In this document: in pieces, positions 15,877 through 24,733 of the stretch
Position numbering within the stretch: the stretch's first letter is position 1
Layout of the letters: each line of letters opens with the position of its first letter
Source: Candidatus Parcubacteria bacterium
GTDB taxonomy: Bacteria; Patescibacteriota; Minisyncoccia; Phycocordibacterales; UBA918
Direction of reading: 5' to 3'
Assembly: GCA_046050105.1 (NCBI GenBank)
Contig: JBJOQE010000042.1
Coordinates: 1 to 34,380, forward strand
Length of the DNA: 34,380 bases
Made by a program: the position numbers and the translations under genes
The notes under the pieces: model-generated
The model's database searches: none
Told to the model about the DNA's origin: nothing
The model's input: only the letters and a program-made list of their open reading frames with translations

Positions 15877-17544
15877 ATGACAACACCACGGCAGCGCACC
15901 ACACGACAGAGAAAATACATCTTTGTCGTCGGCGGTGTGATGTCGGGTGTGGGGAAGGGCATTGCCTCTTCATCCATTGGGCTTCTCCTTAAGGCTCGCG
16001 GCCTCACCGTTACCGCACTTAAGATAGACCCGTACATCAACGTCGATGCGGGTACCATGAACCCCACAGAACACGGGGAAGTGTTTGTGCTTAAAGATGG
16101 CCGTGAGACCGACCAAGACATGGGTAACTATGAACGTTTCCTCAACATATCGCTCACTGGCGAAAACTACATGACGACCGGAAGCGTGTACCAGGAGGTG
16201 ATACGCAAAGAGCGCAATCTTGAATATAAAGGAAAAAACGTAGAGGTGGTGCCGCACATTCCGCTTGCCGTTATTGAGAAAATCACCAAGGCAGCAGAAC
16301 GGGAAGACGCCGACGTGACCCTTATCGAGATTGGTGGCACGGTGGGTGAATACCAAAACATTTTGTTCCTCGAAGCTATTCGTATGATGAAAACGGAGCT
16401 CAATGGGAACGTTGCAGTGGTGCTCGTTTCGTATCTTCCGGTGCCTGGTTCCATCGGCGAGATGAAAACAAAGCCTACGCAGTATGCGGCACGGACCCTC
16501 AACAGTGCGGGGGTGTTTGCCGATATCATCATTGCGCGAAGCCCAGTCGGGGTAGATGAGAAGCGGAAGGAGAAAATCGCACAGTTCTGCAATGTAAAAA
16601 AAGAGAACGTTATTTCGGCACCAGACGTAAAGAGTGTGTATGATGTGCCGGTCAATTTTGAAAAGGATGGCATGTCTGCAAAGCTCTGTGAGGTGCTGAA
16701 GCTTGAGTGCAAGCACCCCGCTGACCTCGCTTCATGGAAGCGGTTTGTGGCAAAAACAAAAGCACCCAAAAAGGAGGTGAAGATTGCCGTCGTGGGGAAG
16801 TATTTCTCTTCAGGCGACTTCGTACTTTCTGATGTCTATATTTCAGTACTTGAAGCTATTAAATATTCTGCCTATGCCAAGGGCGCAAAACCGGTCATCA
16901 CTTACCTCTCTTCGGTAGATTTTGAGAAAGGCACCAAGAAACTATCTGATCTTAAGAAGTTTGATGGCGTACTCATCCCGGGTGGCTTCGGCGCAACGGG
17001 CGTGGAAGGGAAAATCAAGGTTATCGAGTACGTACGCAAAAATAACATTCCATTTTTTGGTATTTGCTACGGCATGCAGCTTGCGGTGATTGAGTATGCA
17101 CGAAATGTGCTGAAGCTCACGGGCGCACACACGGCTGAAATAAACCCCAAGGCACCCCATGTGCTCATCGATATCATGCCCGAGCAAAAAGAGAAGATAG
17201 CAAAAAATGACATGGGAGGCACGATGCGTTTGGGTGAGTATGAGGCCATGATTCTCAAAGGCACTCATGCCGCAAAAGCTTATGAAAGTGCAAGGATTAC
17301 CGAGCGCCACCGCCACCGCTATGAGGTAAATCCTGAGTACATTCCAAAACTCGAAGCAGGAGGTTTGGTGTTTTCTGGAAAGTCTAAGGACGGCCGCCTC
17401 ATGGAGATTGCCGAACTACCGAAAGGCGTACATCCATTTTTCGTAGGAGTGCAATTCCACCCCGAGTTTCATGCACGCCCACTCTCACCACATCCTCTTT
17501 TTTCTGCTTTTATTGAAGCATCACTTCGCTCAGAAAGGCGCTGA
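15877..17544 (+). CDS. pyrG: CTP synthase
   Basis: The N-terminus is KYIFVVGGVMSGVGKGI. The glutamine amidotransferase domain carries GICYGMQ and the motif HRHRYEVN. Confidence 0.95.
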   Translation: MTTPRQRTTRQRKYIFVVGGVMSGVGKGIASSSIGLLLKARGLTVTALKIDPYINVDAGTMNPTEHGEVFVLKDGRETDQDMGNYERFLNISLTGENYMTTGSVYQEVIRKERNLEYKGKNVEVVPHIPLAVIEKITKAAEREDADVTLIEIGGTVGEYQNILFLEAIRMMKTELNGNVAVVLVSYLPVPGSIGEMKTKPTQYAARTLNSAGVFADIIIARSPVGVDEKRKEKIAQFCNVKKENVISAPDVKSVYDVPVNFEKDGMSAKLCEVLKLECKHPADLASWKRFVAKTKAPKKEVKIAVVGKYFSSGDFVLSDVYISVLEAIKYSAYAKGAKPVITYLSSVDFEKGTKKLSDLKKFDGVLIPGGFGATGVEGKIKVIEYVRKNNIPFFGICYGMQLAVIEYARNVLKLTGAHTAEINPKAPHVLIDIMPEQKEKIAKNDMGGTMRLGEYEAMILKGTHAAKAYESARITERHRHRYEVNPEYIPKLEAGGLVFSGKSKDGRLMEIAELPKGVHPFFVGVQFHPEFHARPLSPHPLFSAFIEASLRSERR

Positions 17545-17610
17545 CGTACTGCGGCGGTGATATGTACATAAATGTCATGTCGTGGTATAGTCCAATTTAG
17601 GAGGAGACGC

Positions 17611-17979
17611 ATGATGCAATATCTCATACGCTGCCGCACCAGAGCGGACAGCGTATACGACCCTGAACTCCGCAGGTGGGTGCCCTACCATCTCGACTGG
17701 GGATGGTCGAAGGAACACCACGGCTGGACGTACTCGCACCGCAGTGGTGCGCGGTACTCAGCGAGTGGGCAAATTGAGGAGAAACATCTCCCATGTTTGC
17801 TGCGCCACTTTGGCCTGAATGGCTATGCGCAGCTCCCTCCTTTTGAGGAGGTGCAGTGCACGCCACCTGCGGCTCTTGCAGCACTCCGGCGAAGGCGGGA
17901 GGCGGCAGAGTGTCTGACGCCGATGGTGATGCAGAGTCATCGCGTGGGTGGCGCGGTGCTTGCGGAGGAAGTGTCTTAA
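17611..17979 (+). CDS. Hypothetical protein (122 aa, Arg/Trp-rich)
   Basis: AGGAGG lies 6 nt upstream of the ATG at 17611, and a terminator follows the gene. Confidence 0.5.
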   Translation: MMQYLIRCRTRADSVYDPELRRWVPYHLDWGWSKEHHGWTYSHRSGARYSASGQIEEKHLPCLLRHFGLNGYAQLPPFEEVQCTPPAALAALRRRREAAECLTPMVMQSHRVGGAVLAEEVS

Positions 17980-17988
17980 ACCTATGAT

Positions 17989-18017
17989 GCCCTGCTATGT
18001 GCAGGGCCTCTTTTTTT
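17989..18017 (+). terminator. Rho-independent terminator
   Basis: The hairpin gccctgc-tatgt-gcagggc is followed by ctcttttttt. A second small hairpin, gcgc-gaaa-gcgc plus tttttt, follows at about 18035-18052. Confidence 0.8.
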
Positions 18018-18084
18018 ATGGTATGGTATTCACGCGCGAAAGCGCTTTTTTAGAACATCGCAGCTCGTAGTGAAGGGAAGGTAT

Positions 18085-18135
18085 ATTGCCAGATCGTCGT
18101 ATGGTGGGAATGAAACACCATCTGCATGTGGCACA
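18085..18135 (+). pseudogene. Degenerate 5' portion of a tRNA-Gln copy
   Basis: attgccagatcgtc (18085-18098) is identical to 18152-18165. The following sequence resembles the D arm and anticodon arm (caccatctgcatgtgg compared with caccctctggaggtgg) but cannot form a cloverleaf and has no T arm. Confidence 0.6.
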
Positions 18136-18154
18136 CAGATTGTAGAAGAAACAT

Positions 18155-18225
18155 TGCCAGATCGTCTAATGGTAGGACGCCACCCTCTGGAGGTGGTTAT
18201 CTTGGTTCGAGTCCAAGTCTGGCAA
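18155..18225 (+). tRNA. tRNA-Gln (anticodon CTG)
   Basis: Cloverleaf: tgccaga/tctggca acceptor stem, anticodon arm ccacc-ctCTGga-ggtgg and T arm cttgg-ttcgagt-ccaag. Confidence 0.85.
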
Positions 18226-18231
18226 CACGGA

Positions 18232-18258
18232 GCAAAATGCCCTTCGGGGCATTTTTGC
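18232..18258 (+). terminator. Rho-independent terminator after tRNA-Gln
   Basis: The hairpin is aaaatgccc-ttcg-gggcatttt plus T. Confidence 0.8.
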
Positions 18259-18376
18259 GTAGTGTTGCTAGACGGCGCAGCGTTCGCAGAACGCGTTGCG
18301 CGGACTCGAAAGGTTGTCGATAGTTTCGACCATAGGGAGAAAATATCATACAACCTGAACTGGGTTCTGTAAGAAC

Positions 18377-18393
18377 CGAGTCCAAGTCTGGCA
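18377..18393 (+). repeat. Exact 17-nt direct copy of the tRNA-Gln 3' end
   Basis: cgagtccaagtctggca is identical to 18208-18224. It is preceded by ggttc and a 9-nt insertion. Confidence 0.85.
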
Positions 18394-18436
18394 TATAGAA
18401 CCTGTACGGCGGAGACGGGGTACCCTCTGGGTCGTC

Positions 18437-18528
18437 GGAGAAACAGTGAACACTCACTGTTTCTCCGTCCAGCGTTCTTGACGAGCGAAGCGAGTTTAGA
18501 AAAAGCGGGGACGAGTCCAAGTTTGGCA
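18437..18528 (+). repeat. Conserved core X (copy 2) joined to a tRNA-Gln 3'-end-like fragment
   Basis: It aligns to 9399-9487. The tail at 18512-18528 matches 18208-18224 at 16 of 17 positions. A tRNA-Asp anticodon-arm-like piece lies upstream at 18401-18420. Confidence 0.75.
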
Positions 18529-18620
18529 GCCAACTCGTACTAGCACGATAAGCGTTAATGTAACGCTTATCTAATTTTGCATAGACTTAGCAAAGTCTCA
18601 AAAAGCGATATAATTAAGGT

Positions 18621-19181
18621 ATGGAAATTCTTTGTCTCATTACGGATTTCATTTTTGGATACGACTTCCAAGTTTCATTTTGGTCTGGAATTGCTATGTC
18701 AGCGGTTGTTGGCTTTGTTGTATACCAATATACAGATGTGTTTAAGTCGCCAAACTTAGTATTTGTTGTTAAACAAAATGGGTTATATCGAGATACTATT
18801 CAACTAACTAAAGATGGTAAAAAGTACGAAGCGCGTTTTCAGTTTGCTATTAAAAATATTGGTAACAAGGCAATAAAACATAATGAAGGATACTGGCATT
18901 TATACTTAGATGTGAAGAATCCAACAATATTTTCAGCACCAGAAGAAATAAATCATAGCAGAGGTCAGATAAATGGAACTATCTACCCCAGTTCCTTTTT
19001 TGATATAGGACTAGTATATGAACTTGAAATTAATGAGGAGAATTTAAGTAAAGCTGAAATACCATATTTCTTTAGCACTGATTATGGTCAGTTTCCGGAA
19101 ACTGCAGTAATAAATCAAGAAACTGGGGAGGTTCTGTGGAAAGATATGGGCTATATAAAGTTTGAAGTACCAAAGATTTAA
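18621..19181 (+). CDS. Hypothetical protein (186 aa) with an N-terminal TM segment, AT-rich
   Basis: TATAAT (18609-18614) lies 6 nt upstream of the ATG. I recognise no domain. Confidence 0.55.
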   Translation: MEILCLITDFIFGYDFQVSFWSGIAMSAVVGFVVYQYTDVFKSPNLVFVVKQNGLYRDTIQLTKDGKKYEARFQFAIKNIGNKAIKHNEGYWHLYLDVKNPTIFSAPEEINHSRGQINGTIYPSSFFDIGLVYELEINEENLSKAEIPYFFSTDYGQFPETAVINQETGEVLWKDMGYIKFEVPKI

Positions 19182-19296
19182 TCGAGTGCACGAGACGCGT
19201 CGAAATTGAATTCTAAAACATTGCAACTCTGTCAAGCAGGATAAGGTGTCAAGCGGTTCTAGCTCGAGTGTTGCCAGACGCGATATAATAAAGAGC

Positions 19297-19851
19297 ATGG
19301 AAGGTCACATAGAAAAGCAATCAGCGTTTAGAATAGAAACGCCTAAAGTAGGTGATGAAATTGGTTTGGCCCCAATGCATATTCAGGCTTGGAAGGAAAC
19401 TTATGTGACTCCCGAATCGGGGCTTACAGAAGATATGGTAGATGAGATGTTGGGGCACATGCTGACAAATACCGATTTCAGGAAAAATACTATAGCTGAA
19501 TCTCTGGAAAATCCGGGTAAAGTTTTGTATAGGATTGTAAGGAATAACAAAGGAGAGATAGTTGGGTTCATGCATGGTTCAAAAAATGAAGAGTCCAATC
19601 AGCTCGAAGGAATCTATCTGCTTGATGAGGTGAAGGGGTCAGGTACGGGAGGAAAGCTGATGGAAGAATTTCTGGCCTGGGTAGATAAGAATAAGCCAAG
19701 CAATCTTGAAGTCTTTTGCTTCAACGATAGAGCGCTTGGATTCTATACAAAATATGGATTTGTAAAAACAGACAAACCAAGTCAAATGTGGAGAGACAAA
19801 CTGCCTTTCATTGAAATGGTGAGACCTGCTGACATACCTAAAGAAAACTAA
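19297..19851 (+). CDS. GNAT-family N-acetyltransferase
   Basis: The acetyl-CoA motif region is LLDEVKGSGTGGKLMEEF...ALGFYTKYGF. TATAAT (19284-19289) lies 7 nt upstream of the chosen ATG. Confidence 0.75.
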   Translation: MEGHIEKQSAFRIETPKVGDEIGLAPMHIQAWKETYVTPESGLTEDMVDEMLGHMLTNTDFRKNTIAESLENPGKVLYRIVRNNKGEIVGFMHGSKNEESNQLEGIYLLDEVKGSGTGGKLMEEFLAWVDKNKPSNLEVFCFNDRALGFYTKYGFVKTDKPSQMWRDKLPFIEMVRPADIPKEN

Positions 19852-20036
19852 GCGCCTGAGACGCCTTGCTCTGAATATAGTCAGACGGAGTAAGTCGGGC
19901 TTGACCGACCACGGTTCCAGCGCCAGACGGCGCAGCGTTCGTAGAATGCTACTGTTGCGGCCGTTTGCTGTTATGACGAGAACAACTTAGCGCTTTCTCC
20001 CCACTCCAAGTACAATCAATTACTAACGTATACCCC

Positions 20037-20531
20037 ATGCCCTCGACTCTCCCCACCACACACACCCTCGAAGTCCGCACCTCCCGCAATGGCTTGGGGG
20101 TTTTTGTGAAGCGGGCTTTCAAGGCAGGGGAGGTACTCTACGTAGTTGAAGGCAAGAAAGTTACCTGTGACATAGACGACGACATGGATGAGCAAGCGCG
20201 GTCAAACACGTACCGCTTTGACGAGGAGTACTACCTAAGCCCGCAAGGAACACTTGGCGACTACTTTAACCACTCATGTCACCCGAATGCGAAGGTGGAG
20301 AAAAGAGGGCAGAAGCTCCGCATGGTGGCAATACGAAACATACCTCAAGGTAGGGAGGTATGTTTCGACTACTCGACCATTACCGCTTCAGACGATGTGT
20401 GGAAGATGCGCTGCCACTGTGGCGAGAAGATGTGCAGAAAGAGTATTCGTTCCTTTGGTACACTCCCGTCACCGCTTCAGTGTCGCTATATACGAGAGCA
20501 GATTGTTCCCCAGTACATTCTGGATATATAA
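20037..20531 (+). CDS. SET-domain protein (putative protein-lysine methyltransferase) with a post-SET Cys cluster
   Basis: It has the motifs NHSCHPN, EVCFDYS and the C-terminal cluster CHCGEKMC. Confidence 0.8.
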   Translation: MPSTLPTTHTLEVRTSRNGLGVFVKRAFKAGEVLYVVEGKKVTCDIDDDMDEQARSNTYRFDEEYYLSPQGTLGDYFNHSCHPNAKVEKRGQKLRMVAIRNIPQGREVCFDYSTITASDDVWKMRCHCGEKMCRKSIRSFGTLPSPLQCRYIREQIVPQYILDI

Positions 20532-20537
20532 ATGCAT

Positions 20538-20561
20538 AAAAGCACCCGGAAGGGTGCTTTT
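20538..20561. terminator. Bidirectional terminator between convergent genes
   Basis: The hairpin is aaaagcaccc-ggaa-gggtgctttt. Confidence 0.75.
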
Positions 20562-20579
20562 ATGTGTTGTGTGGAGTGG

Positions 20580-20810
20580 TTATTTCTTTTTCGGAGCTGC
20601 CTTTTTTGCTGGTGCTGGGGCGGTGACTGTCATGTCGGTAATCTTTTCGGTAGATGCCCATACCTTGAGTTTCTTGATGGCGTTCATTGCCGCGCGACGT
20701 TCAACGTATCCTTCACCGCCTTCAGCAACACTCTCACCATTACGTGAGACAAGCTTCCATCTGAAGTGTCCCGCTTTATCTTTGTAGAGTTCAAAACTAG
20801 TTGTGCTCAT
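20580..20810 (-). CDS. YegP/DUF1508-like small protein with a Lys/Ala/Pro tail
   Basis: The segment FELYKDKAGHFRWKLVSRNGESVAEG.GY resembles the YegP (UPF0339) repeat. Confidence 0.7.
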   Translation of the reverse strand: MSTTSFELYKDKAGHFRWKLVSRNGESVAEGGEGYVERRAAMNAIKKLKVWASTEKITDMTVTAPAPAKKAAPKKK

Positions 20811-20911
20811 AGGGGTATTTTTTGATGACTAACATGAGTATCATACACCACCCACTGAAGCTTGCTTGAGCGCGAGGTGAACAGGGGCATAATCACTGGT
20901 AGAATACTATT

Positions 20912-22162
20912 ATGCAAAGAATATTTTTGTCGATTTTACTCATGCTGGTGATACTGGTGCCCCTAGGTGCACAAGCGACTGCACCACAGCCAGGCACGGT
21001 GCAAGACCTCGAGCTCCAGCTTGGGGCGGTGCGTGCGTATATTGCGCGAACCGATGCCGCGAGGCGATATATCGCTCTCTCATCAGTTGATATGCGGGCA
21101 GTTATCAATGATGGAACGAACTGGCTCATTACGTCACAAGAACCGAGCGGCCACTTTACATATGAGTATGCGCCATTTGAAGGGGAGTATCTGCATGGAG
21201 ACAACATCGTGCGGCAAGTTGGGGCGTTGTTTGCGCTTGGTGAAGTGTATCGACTTAAGAAAGAGTACGATCCGGCGCTTGCCAAAAGTATCACGCAAGC
21301 AATTGCCTATTTCACCTCGCTCGAAGTATCAGGAAAGGAGGCAGGCGTCACATTTGTATGTATTGGCACCACTGCTAAAAAGCGAGACTGCAAACTTGGT
21401 GCGGCTGCGCTCGCACTCATTGGTCTCCTCGATTACGTGGAGCAGAATCCACGTGCTGATAAAACCTACGCACCGCTTATCCAGGGGTACACATCGTTTA
21501 TTCTCGCGGCACAAAAAGAGTCAGGAGGGTTTCGCGATCTCTACCGAGTCGAAGATGGGTTTGTGAACAGAGAATCACCCTACTCAAACGGCGAAGCACT
21601 TTTGGCATTAGTGCGCGCGTATCAGTATAAGAAAGATGAGGAGGTTAAACACGCAATTGATAGTGCGTTCACGTACCTCAAAACGACTGAGTATGTAAAT
21701 CCATTGTATCTATGGATTATGGCTGCGCTTAAAGATATGAATCGCCTATGGCCAAGCTCTGACTATGTCACCTATGCGCGTGATTTCACGACGTGGCGTA
21801 TACGAAATGCTGGATATCCAAAAAGCACGCACAACTACTGCCCATATGTGGAGGGTTTGGTGAGTGCCTACAGCGTACTTGCGGCCAACCCTGAAAAAGG
21901 GGAGCTTGAGTCGCTTCGTGCACACATTGACCCTTGGCATGCCTATCACCGTACACTGCAGCTTGCAGCGACTGAACCGTACCGTGTGATGGCGAATAGT
22001 AAAGGCACACCAATCATACAGAAGATAGCCGATACAGCACTCGCGACCGGAGGTTTTTTAACCGGGCCAAACGTACCGACACAACGTATCGACTTCACGC
22101 AACACTGTGTGAGCGCCTACCTTCAGACATTGGTTGACATCGATGGTGAAGTTTTGCGCTAA
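20912..22162 (+). CDS. Secreted protein with prenyltransferase/terpene-cyclase-like alpha/alpha-toroid repeats (tentative)
   Basis: It has a signal peptide and repeated Q..SGGF-type motifs (QEPSGHF, QKESGGF, ATGGF). TAGAAT lies 6 nt upstream of the ATG. Confidence 0.5.
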   Translation: MQRIFLSILLMLVILVPLGAQATAPQPGTVQDLELQLGAVRAYIARTDAARRYIALSSVDMRAVINDGTNWLITSQEPSGHFTYEYAPFEGEYLHGDNIVRQVGALFALGEVYRLKKEYDPALAKSITQAIAYFTSLEVSGKEAGVTFVCIGTTAKKRDCKLGAAALALIGLLDYVEQNPRADKTYAPLIQGYTSFILAAQKESGGFRDLYRVEDGFVNRESPYSNGEALLALVRAYQYKKDEEVKHAIDSAFTYLKTTEYVNPLYLWIMAALKDMNRLWPSSDYVTYARDFTTWRIRNAGYPKSTHNYCPYVEGLVSAYSVLAANPEKGELESLRAHIDPWHAYHRTLQLAATEPYRVMANSKGTPIIQKIADTALATGGFLTGPNVPTQRIDFTQHCVSAYLQTLVDIDGEVLR

Positions 22163-22203
22163 CAGCAGGTGATGTGCGTTATGAGACTCACTCACGTATA
22201 GTA

Positions 22204-22779
22204 ATGGCTCATATGCGCATGTTTTGGCAATCTGCACTTGTTGAGTTTGGTCCGGTGACGGCATTTTTCGTCGCAACGTGTTTCTTCGATTTTTTTACTG
22301 GCGTGGCGCTCCTTGTAGGTGCGACGATGTTGGCAATCTTGGTGTCACACGTATATTTAAAGCGACTACCCCTGTTCAGTATTATCGTAAGTTGTTTCGT
22401 GGTCGTCTCAGGATGCCTCACGCTCATCACCCATAACCCATACTTTGTCGCTATTGAGTACACCATTTCCAACCTCGCATTTGGTGTCGTGTTGCTATGC
22501 GGTTACTTTGCAGGGAAGGGGCTTCTGAAACCGCTCTTCGGTAGTATGTTCTCTATCACCGAACGTGGGTGGCGAGTACTGTCTCTAAGGTGGGGGATAT
22601 TCTTTGTTATTGTCGCGCTGGGTAGTGAGCTGGCATGGCGGCTCCACTCGTATGATGTGTGGGTAGTGTATCGTTTTGCAGGGATGTTCACCCTTATGAT
22701 ATTTGGCTGCTCACAGTTTTTCCTTGCACGCCGAGAACGCCTCCCTGATGCCAGCCCATGGGGTGTGCGTATGCGGTAA
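22204..22779 (+). CDS. Inner-membrane septation-associated protein YciB/IspZ-like
   Basis: The product has five hydrophobic segments and resembles YciB around GLLKPLFG...W..L.LRWG.FF. The start is ambiguous (22174, 22204 or 22213). Confidence 0.6.
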   Translation: MAHMRMFWQSALVEFGPVTAFFVATCFFDFFTGVALLVGATMLAILVSHVYLKRLPLFSIIVSCFVVVSGCLTLITHNPYFVAIEYTISNLAFGVVLLCGYFAGKGLLKPLFGSMFSITERGWRVLSLRWGIFFVIVALGSELAWRLHSYDVWVVYRFAGMFTLMIFGCSQFFLARRERLPDASPWGVRMR

Positions 22780-22792
22780 TACACTCTCTATG

Positions 22793-23017
22793 GCTCATCC
22801 ATTCGCCAAGATGTTTGATATCGCTCTGCGGAAAAGTGATCCGGACGACTTTGACAATAAGGTGCTTCTTGAAGCAGAAAAACTGAAGGCTAAAGGGTAT
22901 CGCGTGAGTGAAATACACGAGGTACTCAAGAAGTATGCTTTTGGTATCATCGACGACAACGACGCTCGTGTGGTGAGAGAGGCACTAGAAGAGTTTGAGC
23001 GATACGTAGATGAGTGA
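22793..23017 (+). CDS. Small hypothetical protein (74 aa)
   Basis: There is an internal ATG after the upstream gene's stop. The product is helical and charged. Confidence 0.45.
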   Translation, partial: AHPFAKMFDIALRKSDPDDFDNKVLLEAEKLKAKGYRVSEIHEVLKKYAFGIIDDNDARVVREALEEFERYVDE

Positions 23018-23062
23018 TGTGTACTTAAGAAATGGCAGTGATTTCAGGTTATACTTCTTACT

Positions 23063-24334
23063 ATGAATCGAAACAAGCTTCTCTTCCTTCTCTTTGCCAC
23101 ACTCCTCCTCGATATGATCGGGGTAGGCATGCTTATCCCGATCATCCCGTCACTTTTTACTGACCCTACCTCAACCTCGTTTCTCCTCACCGGGTATGGA
23201 GAAACATCCCGATATGTGATTGCTGGTCTGGTGACTGCACTCTTTGGCTTCATGCAGTTTCTGGCGGCACCTATCCTCGGTGAACTCTCGGATCTTTATG
23301 GGCGCAAGAAGCTGCTCGCCATCGGCGTAGGCACACTTGCGATTGCCAATCTGGTCTTTGCATTTGGTATCGAGATAGCGTCACTTTCGGTACTGTTATT
23401 TAGTCGTGCGATTGCCGGTGTTGCTGGTGCCAACTTCTCTATCGCACAGGCGGCAATTGCGGACGTCACGCGCCCTGAGGATCGAGCAAAAAGTTTCGGG
23501 CTCATCGGTGCAGCGTTTGGGCTTGGGTTTATCCTGGGCCCCTTGCTCGGCGGCTTTATCACCGGAGCAACTGGTAACCCGGCCATCCCATTTTTGTTCG
23601 CAGGTATGCTTGGTGTGGTGAATCTACTTATGGTGTCGTTCGTATTTCCTGAAACACATGTGGTGGCGCCACAGCGCGGTAGTCTGTCGCTCATGAAGGC
23701 GTTTCATAACATAGAGGCTGCATGGCGTGATGTTGATGTGCGCCCCGTGTACGCAGCGAGCTTTCTTTCGATGCTCGGCTTTGCATTCTTCACCTCGTTC
23801 ATCACGGTGTTTTTGGTTGAGCGTTTCGGGTTCAGCGAGACAGATACGGGTATTTATTTTGCGGTGGTAGGGTTGTGGATTATCTTCGCGCAGGTCGTCG
23901 TTGTGCGGTTTGTGAGCGCGCGGTATGGAGAACGCATCATCTTATTATGGACACTTCCTATACTTGCACTCGTCATTGCACTCCAGGGATTTGCCCCAAA
24001 TGTGATCTTTCTCTACGCACTCATGCCCATTATGGCGTCCATGTTTGGGTTAATGTCTACTGCCATTCCCGCACTCGTGTCGAAGGGAGTTTCTGCTGAG
24101 TCGCAGGGCGCCGCGCTCGGTATTAACGGTTCACTTCAGGCGCTCACCCAGGGTATTGCACCCGTTGCCGCGGGAGTAGTTTCTGGCATATTTGGGCTCA
24201 CCACAGCGTTTGTGTTTGGTGCTGCACTGGCATGCGTGAGCGCAGAAGTGATTCGCAGATCGCGTGTGGGATTAGCCAAAGAAGGGGTGCGTACATCGCC
24301 GACAGCTTCGCCTAAGCGCATGAGCGGTATATGA
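23063..24334 (+). CDS. MFS transporter (drug:H+ antiporter-like)
   Basis: It has 12 predicted TM segments and MFS motif A (GELSDLYGRKKLL). TATACT lies 7 nt upstream of the ATG. Confidence 0.85.
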   Translation: MNRNKLLFLLFATLLLDMIGVGMLIPIIPSLFTDPTSTSFLLTGYGETSRYVIAGLVTALFGFMQFLAAPILGELSDLYGRKKLLAIGVGTLAIANLVFAFGIEIASLSVLLFSRAIAGVAGANFSIAQAAIADVTRPEDRAKSFGLIGAAFGLGFILGPLLGGFITGATGNPAIPFLFAGMLGVVNLLMVSFVFPETHVVAPQRGSLSLMKAFHNIEAAWRDVDVRPVYAASFLSMLGFAFFTSFITVFLVERFGFSETDTGIYFAVVGLWIIFAQVVVVRFVSARYGERIILLWTLPILALVIALQGFAPNVIFLYALMPIMASMFGLMSTAIPALVSKGVSAESQGAALGINGSLQALTQGIAPVAAGVVSGIFGLTTAFVFGAALACVSAEVIRRSRVGLAKEGVRTSPTASPKRMSGI

Positions 24335-24687
24335 GTGAATCTTTTAAATCACAGTCGCAAAAGCCAAGGGGTCCGTGGCATGTCGAGCCAGGGAGTCCTG
24401 TTGATGCACTTGAGAGACGGCACGCATTTGAGCGTGGCACGATTGCCGATATGGTAAGCTCACTTCGTACCTTCGCAAAAAGTGAAGGGTTTACCTATGA
24501 TATTGAGGATGTTGAAGGAGGACAAGATATACAGGTGCCACCCGAATGCTTGGCTGCCACGCTCGGCCACTTAAAGCCACTTCTCAAAGACGCTAACGCT
24601 CTCCTCGAACAGCATAATCAACAGTTTCGTGTGCGTGTTCATTTGCACGGCACCCTCCTTGAACTTCGCGTCGTTTCTCACTCGTGA
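24331..24687 (+). CDS. Hypothetical protein (118 aa)
   Basis: Its start overlaps the MFS stop codon (ATGA). Confidence 0.5.
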   Translation: MSESFKSQSQKPRGPWHVEPGSPVDALERRHAFERGTIADMVSSLRTFAKSEGFTYDIEDVEGGQDIQVPPECLAATLGHLKPLLKDANALLEQHNQQFRVRVHLHGTLLELRVVSHS

Positions 24688-24733
24688 TTGCTATCCACAC
24701 TCCCTTGGTGGGGTAGGGTATACTATAGATACT

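Larger units (their letters stand above)
18267..19946 (+). mobile_element. Putative horizontally acquired AT-rich islet adjacent to tRNA-Gln, bounded by an imperfect 25-nt direct repeat
   Basis: gctagacggcgcagcgttcgcagaa (18267-18291) and gccagacggcgcagcgttcgtagaa (19922-19946) match at 23 of 25 positions. Lines I sampled inside the two ORFs are about 35-40% GC, against about 55-63% in the flanks. No recombinase gene is present. Confidence 0.4.

Noticed and set aside
18030-18533. 167-aa and 107-aa minus-strand ORFs and two plus-strand ORFs over the tRNA-Gln region
   Set aside because: They overlap a well-folded tRNA, its terminator and the tRNA-fragment repeats. None has start-site signals.
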